The notes: generated by a model from the sequence alone, not told the origin. A DNA stretch of 64,000 nucleotides from Escherichia coli (GCF_041248615.1 NZ_CP158426.1), one strand, 5' to 3'; positions 35,130 through 45,530 are shown, counted from the stretch's first letter. Translations and numbers: made by a program.

Positions 35130-35558
35130 TTACGCTTTGGTGGCAATCAGGATGGCTGATGCTTTGATCAATGCAATAACGCGCGAGCCAGTGGTGAGTT
35201 TCATTTCATCCTGACTTTCATTTGTTACCACTGCCACAATTTCAAAACCCGCATCCGTTTTGATATGGACAGTGGCGTTCACTGCGCCTTCGGTGATTGT
35301 CGACACGCTGCCAGCAAACTGGTTGCGAGCAGAGAATTTCAGTCCACAGTCTTCCGTTGCCAGCGTTACCCACGGGGCTTTAATCAGGGCAATCGCTTCT
35401 TTCCCTTTCGCCAGACCCAGCGCTTGCTGGCTGCTGTGAGTCACAATTGCCACCAGCTTTGCACCACCTGCCAGCGTCAGTTCTACTTCGTCATTCACCG
35501 CGCCCATTGCTACTGCGCTAACTGTTCCGGTTAATTGATTTCTTGCTGAAACTGCCAT
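35130..35558 (-). CDS. molybdopterin/molybdate-binding protein, tandem Mop (TOBE) domains
   Basis: ORF 35130..35597; start placed at MAVSARNQLTGTV (35558) with AGGAGG RBS; two roughly 70-aa repeats (SARNQLTGTVSAV... / SARNQFAGSVSTI...). Confidence 0.8.
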   Translation of the reverse strand: MAVSARNQLTGTVSAVAMGAVNDEVELTLAGGAKLVAIVTHSSQQALGLAKGKEAIALIKAPWVTLATEDCGLKFSARNQFAGSVSTITEGAVNATVHIKTDAGFEIVAVVTNESQDEMKLTTGSRVIALIKASAILIATKA

Positions 35559-35602
35559 ACTGCCTCCTTTCATTGAATGTTGATCGAGTATAACCACATC
35601 TG

Positions 35603-37681
35603 TTAAATCAATGCCGATTTATCAATTCCCAGTCGCTTCATCCGTGACAGCAGAGTCGTGCGTTTCAGCCCCAGACGTTGCGCAGCGCCTTTAGGCCCGG
35701 CAACCACGCCGTTTGTTTCTTTCAGCACGCGAACAATCAACTGATATTCATCTTCGCCCTCCTGGGCGACAACCGTTGCGGCAGGCGGCGTTTCTGGTTC
35801 CGGTAAAACAATATCTGGCAGTGACAGCTGCAGCACGTTGCCGCGTGTTAGCAATACCGCGCGCTCGATGACGTTTTCCAGTTCGCGCACGTTACCCGGC
35901 CACTCCATGTTGCTCAAGGTGCGCAACGTCTCGGCAGGAATGCTGTCGATATTGCGCCCCAGACGACGGGCAATTTTGAAGGTAAAGGCTTTCGCCAGCA
36001 GCGGAATATCTTCCGGACGCTCGCGCAGGGGCGGCAGGTGGATCGGGAATACGTTCAGGCGGTAATAGAGATCGCTACGGAACTCTCGGTCGGCGACCAT
36101 TTTTTTCAGATCGCGGTTAGTCGCGGCAATTAAACGTACGTCCGTCTGAATGATTTTGTTGCTGCCGAGGCGTTCAAACTCCTGTTCCTGTAATACACGC
36201 AGCAACTTCGGCTGTAACTCCAGTGGCATATCGCCCACTTCGTCGAGGAACAGGGAGCTTTTATCCGCCAGTTCAAAACGACCAATGCGCTGGGCGCTGG
36301 CACCGGTAAAAGCCCCACGCTCATGACCAAACAGATCGCTCTCCAGCAATCCGGCAGGCATCGCCGCGCAGTTCATTTTTACCATGCGGCGATTATTACG
36401 CCCACTGAGATTATGGATAGCACGGGCAATCAGCTCTTTACCTGTACCAGTTTCACCGAGAATCAGCACGGTACTGTCGCTTTGCGCCACCATTTCAACT
36501 TGTTTAAGTACGCTGTACATGGCTTCGCTGCGGCCAATAATCTCGCCAAATTCACTATCAACATTGTTGAGCTGCTCGGTCAGGGCGAGGTTTTCATCAA
36601 CCAGCCGTTCTTTCAGACGATGGATTTCCTGATAGGCGAGGGCGTTATCGACAGCGATTGCCACACGTTCGGCAATCTGGCGCAGTAAATTCAGATTGGT
36701 AGTGGTAAACACTTTCTCTTCGCATTGCGCCAGTTTCAGCACGCCCAGCATGGTGTCGCCAGACATCAGCGGTAACAGGCACAAGGTTTGAATCTGGTTG
36801 CCCCAGGTGTCGAACAACATGCGTTCATAGGGGGCTAAATCGTCCCGCTCGTGGAGATTAATCAGCAGCATCTCTTTGCTTTTGAACACGCGTTCGGTGA
36901 GGGTTCCGGCTTCATCGACTTCGCTCTGTTCGTGGGCGGGATGCTGTTTATCAAGATAGTGAGTGGAGTAGATGTTGAGTTTGTTTTTACGGTGGCTGCG
37001 TAAGACGATGCTGATATCGTCAATGTCGAAGTAGTAATGGATTTCTTTGGCGACTTCGCTGACCAGTTCGTCCATATCCAGGCGGGAAAGCACCGCGTTG
37101 GTAATGGCAACCAGGATGCGGAAGTTATCGCGCTCCCGGCATAACAACTCATAGTCGACATTGTTAACGACGCGGCTCTGGATTTGTTCGGTGACGACAG
37201 AAACGATCTGCGTAAATGTTTGCAGACGATTGAACTCTTTTTCGCTCCAGGGGCGATCGTCATAACGAATAAATTCACAGCCACCAAAAATATGCCCTTC
37301 CGCCGCCAGTGGCATCAGGCAATAGTGACCAAATTTGGGGTATAGCCCACCTGCGGCCAGCTGCGGCCAGGTTTCACAAAATTCTTCGTAACTGCAATGC
37401 AGCGTATCAGGGCGCGACAAAATGCTGCGTACCGGACCGTGTGCCAGAACAGTTTCGTCTTCATATTTAATGGGGGTGTCTTTTTCACGCGATGCGTAAT
37501 AAGACGCACGTTGAGTCTGCGCTTGCCACAACACAATAGCCGCGTTGTCGGCGAGCGCAGAACGCTTTACCAGTTGCGAAAGAGCCTCACACAGCGAGGC
37601 CAGATCGGGCTGCTGCAATAGTGTCCGAGTGATGTCGAACAACCCTTGTTGTCCGAGATCACTCATCGGTGTATATGACAT
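35603..37681 (-). CDS. fhlA: formate hydrogenlyase transcriptional activator (sigma-54 enhancer-binding protein)
   Basis: ORF 35603..37717 over-extended; start at MSYTPMSDLGQQGLFDITR (692 aa); AAA+ sigma-54 activator motifs GETGTGKE and GAFTGA, C-terminal HTH. Confidence 0.93.
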   Translation of the reverse strand: MSYTPMSDLGQQGLFDITRTLLQQPDLASLCEALSQLVKRSALADNAAIVLWQAQTQRASYYASREKDTPIKYEDETVLAHGPVRSILSRPDTLHCSYEEFCETWPQLAAGGLYPKFGHYCLMPLAAEGHIFGGCEFIRYDDRPWSEKEFNRLQTFTQIVSVVTEQIQSRVVNNVDYELLCRERDNFRILVAITNAVLSRLDMDELVSEVAKEIHYYFDIDDISIVLRSHRKNKLNIYSTHYLDKQHPAHEQSEVDEAGTLTERVFKSKEMLLINLHERDDLAPYERMLFDTWGNQIQTLCLLPLMSGDTMLGVLKLAQCEEKVFTTTNLNLLRQIAERVAIAVDNALAYQEIHRLKERLVDENLALTEQLNNVDSEFGEIIGRSEAMYSVLKQVEMVAQSDSTVLILGETGTGKELIARAIHNLSGRNNRRMVKMNCAAMPAGLLESDLFGHERGAFTGASAQRIGRFELADKSSLFLDEVGDMPLELQPKLLRVLQEQEFERLGSNKIIQTDVRLIAATNRDLKKMVADREFRSDLYYRLNVFPIHLPPLRERPEDIPLLAKAFTFKIARRLGRNIDSIPAETLRTLSNMEWPGNVRELENVIERAVLLTRGNVLQLSLPDIVLPEPETPPAATVVAQEGEDEYQLIVRVLKETNGVVAGPKGAAQRLGLKRTTLLSRMKRLGIDKSALI

Positions 37682-37754
37682 TTTGTTCTTCCAGGAAAGC
37701 ACCGCAAAGCGGTGCAAAAGGTCATTGACTAACTATAGGAGATTTAGAATTTTA

Positions 37755-38765
37755 TTAGCATATACGCGGAAGCGGTTCGGCGTGTGGTAAATCGAGGGTT
37801 CGTTTCACGCCATACAGACCGGCAAGACGAACACCTTTACGTTCCACCACTTCACCAATCAGCGCCGCGTCTTTCCCCAGTGGATGGGAATGTAACGCTG
37901 CCAAAACTTGCTCTGCCGCGTTGCGTTCAACGGCGATCACCAGTTTGCCTTCGTTGGCAAAGTTAAGGGCGTCCAGTCCCAGCAGTTCGCAAACGCCGCG
38001 CACAGCAGGTTTAACCGGCAGTGCCGCTTCTGAAATTTCAATACCGCAACCGCAGGCTGCCGCGAACTCATGAACTACCGCGTTTACACCACCACGGGTG
38101 GCATCACGCAGCGCTTTCACGCCGGGAATGTCACGCAGCGTCTGAATAAGCGGCGTTAGTACCGCGCAGTCGCTGACCAGTTCGCCGTCCAGCCCCAGTT
38201 GCTCACGCAGGTTAAGGATAGTCGCCCCGTGGTCGCCGAGCGTGCCGCTAACCAGTAATACATCGCCTGCGGTTAGCGTCTGTGCGCCCCAGTGAATATT
38301 CGCCGGAATTGCGCCCATGCCAGCGGTGTTGATAAACAGTTTATCTGCCGCGCCGCGCTGCACCACTTTAGTATCGCCAGTGACGATGGCAATGCCTGCC
38401 GCGCGGGCGGTTTCTGCCATGCTGGTCACTACGGCTTTCAGTGTCTCCATCGGCAATCCTTCTTCGAGGATAAAGCCACAGGAGAGATAGCGCGGAATAG
38501 CGCCACTGACCGCAACGTCATTCGCGGTGCCGCAAATCGCCAGCTTGCCGATATTACCGCCAGGAAAGAACAGCGGGTCAATGACGTAACTGTCGGTGGA
38601 GAACGCCAGACGGTCGCCTTCCGCTACCAGCTGCGCCAGATCAAGACGGGCCTGATCTTCCTGCTCTGCCAGCCACGGGTTGGCAAAGGCTTCCATAAAT
38701 AGGCTGTTGATTAATTGCTGCATCGCCTGGCCGCCGCTGCCGTGGGCGAGTTGGATATTATTCAC
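37755..38765 (-). CDS. hypE: hydrogenase maturation carbamoyl dehydratase HypE
   Basis: 336 aa; terminal ...PRIC cysteine; hyp operon order. Confidence 0.92.
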   Translation of the reverse strand: MNNIQLAHGSGGQAMQQLINSLFMEAFANPWLAEQEDQARLDLAQLVAEGDRLAFSTDSYVIDPLFFPGGNIGKLAICGTANDVAVSGAIPRYLSCGFILEEGLPMETLKAVVTSMAETARAAGIAIVTGDTKVVQRGAADKLFINTAGMGAIPANIHWGAQTLTAGDVLLVSGTLGDHGATILNLREQLGLDGELVSDCAVLTPLIQTLRDIPGVKALRDATRGGVNAVVHEFAAACGCGIEISEAALPVKPAVRGVCELLGLDALNFANEGKLVIAVERNAAEQVLAALHSHPLGKDAALIGEVVERKGVRLAGLYGVKRTLDLPHAEPLPRIC

Positions 38766-39883
38766 GCTTCACTCTCCTGCTGACGATACTGATACCACGC
38801 GGCGCACGCTCCTTCGGAGGAAACCATCAGCGCACCAAACGCGGTTTGAGGATTACAGGTGTTACCAAACAGCGGGCATTGATGCGGCTTACATTTGCCC
38901 GTTAATACTTCGCCACAACGTGCGCGCGGGTCATCGCAGACCTGCTGCGGTGCCGGGCGGAAATGCGCTTCGGCATCGAATCGTTGATAATCCGGCGTCA
39001 GGTGTACACCAGAAGATTCAATCACGCCTAAGCCGCGCCATTCGCTGTCGCCGTTGACACAGAACACATCGGCAATCGCCTGTTGCGCCAGCAGGTTACC
39101 GGCATCCGGCACCACCCGACGATACTGATTCTCTACCTTGCTGTGGGCCGCTATTTTCTGCTCCACCAGCATCACCACGCCTTGCAGTAGATCAAGGGGT
39201 TCGAAACCAGCGACCACCAGCGGACGATGAAAATCGCTGGCGATAAAATTATAGGCATCAGTGCCGATAACCATACTAACGTGACCGGGCGCAAGAAACG
39301 CGTCGATACCGTTATCCGGCTCTTCCAGCAAACTGCGCAGCGTCGGGATAAGCGTAATATGCTGGCAGAAGAAGTAAAAATTCTGCACATCACGCGCTTT
39401 CGCCTGTTGCAGAGTGATGGCCGTCGTCGGCATGGTGGTTTCAAAACCTAAGCCGAAGAACACCACTTTGCGGGTTGGATTCTCCTGCGCCAGTTTCAAC
39501 GCATCCATCGGCGAGTAAACGATGCGCACATCGGCACCGCGTGCTTTTGCCTGCAACAGCGATCCCTGTTTCCCCGGCACGCGCATGGCGTCACCAAAGG
39601 TACAGAAGATGACTTCCGGATGACTGGCAATCTCCACGCAGGTGTCGATTCTACCCATCGGCAGTACGCACACCGGGCAACCGGGACCGTGGATAAACTC
39701 AACGTTTTCCGGCAGCAACTGGTCGAGGCCGAATTTAAAAATGGCGTGGGTATGACCACCGCACACTTCCATAATCCGCAGAGGGCGTTCGGCGGTGTAA
39801 GAGAGATGTGAAGCACGTTCGCGCAGATGCTCAATTAACTGCATCACCTGTTCCGGCGAGCGATATTCATCAACAAAACGCAT
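38762..39883 (-). CDS. hypD: hydrogenase maturation factor HypD
   Basis: 373 aa; CGxH and CPVC motifs. Confidence 0.92.
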   Translation of the reverse strand: MRFVDEYRSPEQVMQLIEHLRERASHLSYTAERPLRIMEVCGGHTHAIFKFGLDQLLPENVEFIHGPGCPVCVLPMGRIDTCVEIASHPEVIFCTFGDAMRVPGKQGSLLQAKARGADVRIVYSPMDALKLAQENPTRKVVFFGLGFETTMPTTAITLQQAKARDVQNFYFFCQHITLIPTLRSLLEEPDNGIDAFLAPGHVSMVIGTDAYNFIASDFHRPLVVAGFEPLDLLQGVVMLVEQKIAAHSKVENQYRRVVPDAGNLLAQQAIADVFCVNGDSEWRGLGVIESSGVHLTPDYQRFDAEAHFRPAPQQVCDDPRARCGEVLTGKCKPHQCPLFGNTCNPQTAFGALMVSSEGACAAWYQYRQQESEA

Positions 39884-40155
39884 TATTTTTCCTCGCCATA
39901 CAACAGCGCACCGACATCCGGCTCAACGTCAAACATGTTTTGTAAGGCGTCGAGAGTGTCGCGCGCTTCGGCTTCATTAATTACGCTCATGGCAAAGCCA
40001 ACGTGAACCAGTACCCACTGGCCCACGCGCGGCTGACCGTTTTCATCGCAGCTGCCGACTAACGTTAAATCGACATCGCGCTGAATGCCGCAGACGTCGA
40101 CTTTCGCCTGGTTGCCGTCAATGGTGCGGATCTGGCCGGGAACGCCTATGCACAT
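39883..40155 (-). CDS. hypC: hydrogenase maturation factor HypC
   Basis: ORF 39883..40182 over-extended; HypC must begin MC- ([14 protein letters not shown]), so start 40155, 90 aa. Confidence 0.9.
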   Translation of the reverse strand: MCIGVPGQIRTIDGNQAKVDVCGIQRDVDLTLVGSCDENGQPRVGQWVLVHVGFAMSVINEAEARDTLDALQNMFDVEPDVGALLYGEEK

Positions 40156-41018
40156 CGCTGTGTCTCCAGCCAGTTCAGCCACTGGTCCATCCCTTCGCCG
40201 CTGGTGGCGGAAATAAGGATGATTTCAATTTCTGGATTGACTTCGCGGGCGCAGGCGATGCACTTCTCAACGTCAAAGTTGAGATACGGCAGCAAGTCAA
40301 CTTTGTTGAGCAGCATCAGCGAAGCTGCGGCAAACATATGCGGATATTTCAGCGGTTTGTCTTCACCTTCGGTAACGGAAAGCACCGCCACTTTGTGTTT
40401 TTCACCGAGATCGAAGCTGGCCGGGCACACGAGGTTGCCGACGTTTTCGATAAACAGAATACCGTTATCGTCCAGTGGCAGGCGCGGTGCGGCGTCGGCA
40501 ATCATCTGTGCGTCAAGATGGCAGCCTTTACCGGTATTCACCTGAATCGCTGGTGTGCCGGTAGCGCGAATGCGCGCGGCATCGTTCACGGTTTGCTGGT
40601 CGCCTTCAATAACCGCGCACGGAACGCTGTCTTTCAGGCGCATTAAGGTTTCCGTCAGCAGGGTGGTTTTACCGGAACCAGGGCTGGAAACCAGGTTGAG
40701 CACCAGTTGCTTGCGGGCAGCAAAGCGCGCGCGGTTGCGTTCAGCCAGACGGTTATTTTTGTCCAGCACGTCAATTTCGACTTCCAGCATCCGACGCTGG
40801 CTCATGCCCGGCGCGTGAGTACCCGCTTCGCCATGACCGTAATGCAGGTCGCCTTCTTCAGTCTGGCTGGGGGTAAATTCAGGCGCTTTAATGCCGGTGA
40901 TTTTCATCTTCGGGCGTGCCGCCGGGGCAAATGGCGCGCTACGAAACGCGGAATGAGGGTTATGTTCATCACCCTCGATATACAGGTTGCCTTCACCGCA
41001 ACCGCATGTTGTACACAT
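40146..41018 (-). CDS. hypB: hydrogenase nickel incorporation GTPase HypB
   Basis: 290 aa; N-terminal CTTCGC metal site, P-loop GSPGSGKTT. Confidence 0.93.
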   Translation of the reverse strand: MCTTCGCGEGNLYIEGDEHNPHSAFRSAPFAPAARPKMKITGIKAPEFTPSQTEEGDLHYGHGEAGTHAPGMSQRRMLEVEIDVLDKNNRLAERNRARFAARKQLVLNLVSSPGSGKTTLLTETLMRLKDSVPCAVIEGDQQTVNDAARIRATGTPAIQVNTGKGCHLDAQMIADAAPRLPLDDNGILFIENVGNLVCPASFDLGEKHKVAVLSVTEGEDKPLKYPHMFAAASLMLLNKVDLLPYLNFDVEKCIACAREVNPEIEIILISATSGEGMDQWLNWLETQRCA

Positions 41019-41021
41019 CGC

Positions 41022-41372
41022 TCACTCCTGGTCTATTTCTATCCGCCGAATCTGTAAACCGTCGTCTGCCACAATCTGTAGCATGTCACCATGACACTGT
41101 GGACAGCGGCGGACGCGCTGGGTCAGTAGCGTCACATACTGTTGGCATGTTTCACACCAGCATTCGGCCTCTTGTTCTTCGAGGTGCAGTTTACAACCTT
41201 CCGCCACGCTGCCGCGGCAAACCAGATCAAAACAAAAGGCAAGAGAGCTGGTTTCGACACAAGAAAATGCGCCAATTTTGAGCCAGACCCCAGTTACGCG
41301 TTTTGCGCCGTGTTTTGCGGCCTGCTGTTCGATCAATTCCAGTGCCCGTTGGCAGAGGGTTATTTCGTGCAT
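41022..41372 (-). CDS. hypA: hydrogenase nickel insertion protein HypA
   Basis: ORF 41022..41384; start MHEITLCQRALELIEQ (116 aa); CxxC...CxxC zinc site. Confidence 0.9.
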   Translation of the reverse strand: MHEITLCQRALELIEQQAAKHGAKRVTGVWLKIGAFSCVETSSLAFCFDLVCRGSVAEGCKLHLEEQEAECWCETCQQYVTLLTQRVRRCPQCHGDMLQIVADDGLQIRRIEIDQE

Positions 41373-41402
41373 ATCGCCTCCCATTAACTATTGCCAGCTA
41401 CA

Positions 41403-41418
41403 AGCAATAATTGTGCCA
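41403..41418 (-). promoter_or_regulatory. sigma-54 promoter (-24/-12) for the hyp operon
   Basis: Minus strand reads TGGCAC-AATTA-TTGCT, a near-perfect sigma-54 consensus about 30 nt upstream of hypA. Confidence 0.6.
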
Positions 41419-41531
41419 GTGTTGATTATCCCTGCGGTGAATAATGTCGATGATGTCGAAATGACACGTCGACACGGCGACGAAATTCATCTTTAGCTTA
41501 AAAATCGCTTTAATAACAATTAATTAAAAGT

Positions 41532-41547
41532 TGGCATGGAAAATGCT
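41532..41547 (+). promoter_or_regulatory. sigma-54 promoter (-24/-12) for the hyc operon
   Basis: TGGCAT-GGAAA-ATGCT with GG-N10-GC spacing about 37 nt upstream of hycA. Confidence 0.55.
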
Positions 41548-41583
41548 TAAAGCTGGCATCTCTGTTAAACGGGTAACCTGACA

Positions 41584-42045
41584 ATGACTATTTGGGAAAT
41601 AAGCGAGAAAGCCGATTACATCGCACAGCGGCATCGTCGCCTACAGGACCAGTGGCACATCTACTGCAATTCGCTGGTTCAGGGGATCACGTTATCGAAA
41701 GCGCGCCTGCATCACGCCATGAGCTGCGCGCCGGACAAAGAACTCTGTTTCGTCCTTTTTGAACATTTTCGTATTTACGTCACCCTGGCGGATGGCTTTA
41801 ACAGCCACACCATCGAGTATTACGTCGAAACAAAAGATGGTGAAGTCAAACAGCGGATTGCGCAGGCGCAACTGAGCATTGACGGCATGATTGATGGCAA
41901 GGTCAACATCCGCGATCGCGAACAGGTTCTGGAACACTATCTCGAAAAAATCGCTGGCGTTTACGACAGCTTATACACCGCCATTGAAAACAATGTGCCG
42001 GTGAATTTAAGCCAACTGGTAAAGGGACAAAGCCCGGCAGCATGA
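41584..42045 (+). CDS. hycA: formate hydrogenlyase regulatory protein HycA
   Basis: 153 aa; first gene of hyc operon. Confidence 0.9.
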   Translation: MTIWEISEKADYIAQRHRRLQDQWHIYCNSLVQGITLSKARLHHAMSCAPDKELCFVLFEHFRIYVTLADGFNSHTIEYYVETKDGEVKQRIAQAQLSIDGMIDGKVNIRDREQVLEHYLEKIAGVYDSLYTAIENNVPVNLSQLVKGQSPAA

Positions 42046-42169
42046 GCTGAGGCTTTGCCCGTTTTGCAGGCGTTACGCCTGTTTGGGGATGGGCGTGTCG
42101 ATGAGTGTCGAAAATGACATTTCATCGGCATGTTTTCGTCAAAAATGACAATCACCTGAGGAATGCCTG

Positions 42170-42781
42170 GTGAATCGTTTTGTAATTGCTGACTCCACGC
42201 TCTGTATCGGCTGCCACACCTGTGAGGCCGCCTGTTCAGAGACGCATCGCCAGCACGGCCTGCAATCAATGCCGCGCCTGCGAGTGATGCTCAATGAAAA
42301 AGAATCTGCGCCGCAGCTCTGTCACCACTGTGAAGATGCGCCCTGCGCGGTGGTTTGCCCGGTTAACGCCATCACCCGCGTTGATGGGGCCGTGCAGTTG
42401 AATGAAAGTCTGTGCGTAAGCTGCAAACTGTGCGGCATCGCCTGCCCGTTTGGCGCAATTGAATTTTCCGGCAGCCGTCCGCTGGATATTCCGGCAAACG
42501 CCAATACCCCGAAAGCGCCACCGGCACCGCCTGCTCCGGCGCGTGTCAGCACATTGCTTGACTGGGTGCCAGGTATTCGCGCGATCGCCGTCAAATGTGA
42601 CCTTTGTAGCTTTGATGAACAAGGTCCGGCCTGCGTGCGGATGTGCCCGACTAAAGCCCTGCATCTGGTGGATAACACCGATATCGCCCGCGTCAGCAAA
42701 CGTAAGCGTGAGCTGACTTTTAACACGGACTTTGGCGATCTCACCTTGTTTCAGCAGGCTCAAAGTGGAGAGGCTAAATGA
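42170..42781 (+). CDS. hycB: formate hydrogenlyase subunit 2 (4Fe-4S ferredoxin)
   Basis: 203 aa; multiple CxxCxxCxxxCP motifs. Confidence 0.93.
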   Translation: MNRFVIADSTLCIGCHTCEAACSETHRQHGLQSMPRLRVMLNEKESAPQLCHHCEDAPCAVVCPVNAITRVDGAVQLNESLCVSCKLCGIACPFGAIEFSGSRPLDIPANANTPKAPPAPPAPARVSTLLDWVPGIRAIAVKCDLCSFDEQGPACVRMCPTKALHLVDNTDIARVSKRKRELTFNTDFGDLTLFQQAQSGEAK

Positions 42782-44604
42782 GCGCAATTTCCCTGATCAA
42801 TAGCGGCGTGGCGTGGTTTGTCGCCGCCGCTGTTCTGGCATTTCTCTTTTCTTTTCAAAAGGCGCTAAGCGGCTGGATAGCCGGAATTGGCGGCGCGGTG
42901 GGTAGTCTGTATACGGCAGCCGCGGGCTTTACTGTGCTGACTGGCGCGGTTGGCGTGAGCGGTGCGCTGTCGCTGGTAAGCTACGATGTGCAAATCTCTC
43001 CGCTTAACGCGATTTGGCTGATTACGCTCGGCCTGTGCGGTCTGTTTGTCAGCCTCTACAACATTGACTGGCATCGCCACGCGCAGGTGAAGTGCAACGG
43101 CTTGCAGATCAATATGTTGATGGCTGCCGCCGTCTGCGCCGTCATCGCCAGCAACCTCGGCATGTTCGTGGTAATGGCTGAAGTCATGGCCTTGTGTGCG
43201 GTGTTCCTTACCAGCAACAGCAAAGAGGGCAAACTGTGGTTTGCGCTGGGGCGTCTTGGCACTCTGCTGCTGGTGATTGCTTGCTGGCTGCTGTGGCAGC
43301 GTTACGGCACGCTGGATCTGCGCCTGCTGGATATGCGTATGCAACAGCTGCCGCTCGGTTCCGATATCTGGCTGCTCGGTGTGATTGGCTTTGGCCTGCT
43401 GGCCGGGATTATTCCGCTGCACGGCTGGGTGCCGCAGGCACATGCTAACGCCTCTGCGCCAGCTGCCGCGTTGTTTTCTACGGTAGTCATGAAAATTGGC
43501 CTGCTGGGCATTTTAACCCTGTCGCTGCTGGGCGGTAATGCACCGCTGTGGTGGGGGATCGCGCTGCTGGTGCTCGGCATGATCACCGCGTTCGTCGGCG
43601 GTCTGTATGCGCTGATGGAGCACAACATCCAGCGCCTGCTGGCTTACCACACCCTGGAGAATATCGGCATCATTCTGCTGGGGCTGGGCGCTGGCGTAAC
43701 GGGTATCGCGCTCGAACAACCGGCGCTGATTGCCCTTGGTCTGGTCGGTGGTCTGTACCATCTGCTTAACCATAGCCTGTTCAAAAGCGTACTGTTCCTC
43801 GGGGCGGGGAGCGTCTGGTTCCGTACCGGGCATCGCGATATCGAAAAACTTGGCGGTATTGGCAAGAAAATGCCGGTTATCTCCATCGCCATGTTAGTCG
43901 GGCTGATGGCAATGGCTGCGCTGCCGCCGCTGAACGGGTTTGCCGGGGAATGGGTTATCTATCAATCCTTCTTCAAACTGAGCAATAGTGGCGCGTTTGT
44001 TGCCCGTCTGCTGGGGCCGCTGCTCGCTGTGGGGCTGGCAATTACCGGTGCGCTGGCGGTGATGTGTATGGCGAAAGTCTATGGCGTCACGTTCCTCGGC
44101 GCGCCGCGTACCAAAGAAGCCGAAAACGCCACCTGTGCGCCGCTCCTGATGAGCGTAAGCGTGGTGGCACTGGCGATTTGCTGCGTCATTGGCGGTGTTG
44201 CTGCGCCGTGGCTGCTGCCGATGCTCTCTGCTGCTGTACCTCTGCCGCTGGAGCCTGCTAACACCACCGTTTCTCAACCCATGATCACGTTGCTGCTGAT
44301 TGCCTGCCCGCTGCTGCCATTCATCATTATGGCGATTTGCAAAGGCGATCGTTTGCCGTCGCGTTCCCGCGGCGCGGCCTGGGTGTGCGGCTACGACCAT
44401 GAAAAATCAATGGTGATTACTGCTCACGGTTTTGCCATGCCGGTGAAACAGGCGTTTGCGCCGGTGCTGAAACTGCGCAAATGGCTGAATCCGGTGTCGC
44501 TGGTACCGGGCTGGCAGTGTGAGGGGAGTGCGTTGCTGTTCCGCCGGATGGCGCTGGTTGAACTGGCGGTACTGGTGGTGATTATTGTTTCACGAGGAGC
44601 CTGA
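42778..44604 (+). CDS. hycC: formate hydrogenlyase subunit 3 (membrane antiporter-like)
   Basis: 608 aa polytopic membrane protein. Confidence 0.93.
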   Translation: MSAISLINSGVAWFVAAAVLAFLFSFQKALSGWIAGIGGAVGSLYTAAAGFTVLTGAVGVSGALSLVSYDVQISPLNAIWLITLGLCGLFVSLYNIDWHRHAQVKCNGLQINMLMAAAVCAVIASNLGMFVVMAEVMALCAVFLTSNSKEGKLWFALGRLGTLLLVIACWLLWQRYGTLDLRLLDMRMQQLPLGSDIWLLGVIGFGLLAGIIPLHGWVPQAHANASAPAAALFSTVVMKIGLLGILTLSLLGGNAPLWWGIALLVLGMITAFVGGLYALMEHNIQRLLAYHTLENIGIILLGLGAGVTGIALEQPALIALGLVGGLYHLLNHSLFKSVLFLGAGSVWFRTGHRDIEKLGGIGKKMPVISIAMLVGLMAMAALPPLNGFAGEWVIYQSFFKLSNSGAFVARLLGPLLAVGLAITGALAVMCMAKVYGVTFLGAPRTKEAENATCAPLLMSVSVVALAICCVIGGVAAPWLLPMLSAAVPLPLEPANTTVSQPMITLLLIACPLLPFIIMAICKGDRLPSRSRGAAWVCGYDHEKSMVITAHGFAMPVKQAFAPVLKLRKWLNPVSLVPGWQCEGSALLFRRMALVELAVLVVIIVSRGA

Positions 44605-44606
44605 GA

Positions 44607-45530
44607 ATGAGTGTTTTATATCCGTTAATTCAGGCGCTGGTGTTATTTGCCGTTGCGCCGCTGCTCTCCGGTATAACCCGCGTGGCGCGCGCCCGCTTGC
44701 ATAACCGTCGCGGGCCGGGCGTGTTGCAGGAGTATCGCGACATTATCAAACTGCTGGGCCGCCAGAGTGTTGGCCCGGATGCCTCCGGCTGGGTGTTCCG
44801 CCTGACGCCGTATGTGATGGTGGGCGTCATGCTGACTATCGCTACTGCGCTGCCGGTGGTGACCGTTGGTTCTCCGCTGCCGCAGCTGGGCGATTTGATC
44901 ACCTTGCTGTATCTCTTTGCCATCGCGCGTTTCTTCTTTGCCATTTCTGGTCTGGATACCGGTAACCCGTTTACCGCTATCGGCGCGAGCCGTGAAGCGA
45001 TGCTTGGCGTGCTGGTCGAACCGATGCTGCTGCTTGGTCTGTGGGTTGCGGCGCAGGTTGCCAGTTCCACCAACATCAGCAACATCACCGACACCGTTTA
45101 TCACTGGCCGCTGAGCCAGAGCATCCCGCTGGTGCTGGCGCTTTGTGCCTGTGCGTTCGCCACTTTTATCGAAATGGGCAAACTGCCGTTCGACCTGGCG
45201 GAAGCCGAGCAGGAGTTGCAGGAAGGGCCGCTCTCTGAATACAGCGGTAGCGGCTTTGGCGTCATGAAATGGGGTATCAGCCTGAAACAGCTGGTGGTGT
45301 TGCAGATGTTCGTCGGGGTGTTTATTCCGTGGGGACAAATGGAAACCTTCACCGTCGGTGGGCTGCTGCTGGCGCTGGTGATTGCCATCGTCAAACTGGT
45401 GGTTGGCGTCCTGGTTATCGCGCTGTTCGAAAACAGCATGGCCCGTCTGCGTCTTGATATTACTCCGCGCATTACCTGGGCTGGGTTTGGCTTTGCATTT
45501 TTAGCGTTCGTCTCCTTGCTGGCGGCGTGA
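44607..45530 (+). CDS. hycD: formate hydrogenlyase subunit 4 (membrane)
   Basis: 307 aa, NuoH-like membrane protein. Confidence 0.93.
   Translation: MSVLYPLIQALVLFAVAPLLSGITRVARARLHNRRGPGVLQEYRDIIKLLGRQSVGPDASGWVFRLTPYVMVGVMLTIATALPVVTVGSPLPQLGDLITLLYLFAIARFFFAISGLDTGNPFTAIGASREAMLGVLVEPMLLLGLWVAAQVASSTNISNITDTVYHWPLSQSIPLVLALCACAFATFIEMGKLPFDLAEAEQELQEGPLSEYSGSGFGVMKWGISLKQLVVLQMFVGVFIPWGQMETFTVGGLLLALVIAIVKLVVGVLVIALFENSMARLRLDITPRITWAGFGFAFLAFVSLLAA

Noticed and set aside
42865-44400. Minus-strand ORFs of 192 and 168 aa
   Set aside because: Antisense inside hycC; Arg/Gln/His-rich, low-complexity translations typical of antisense frames of membrane-protein genes.
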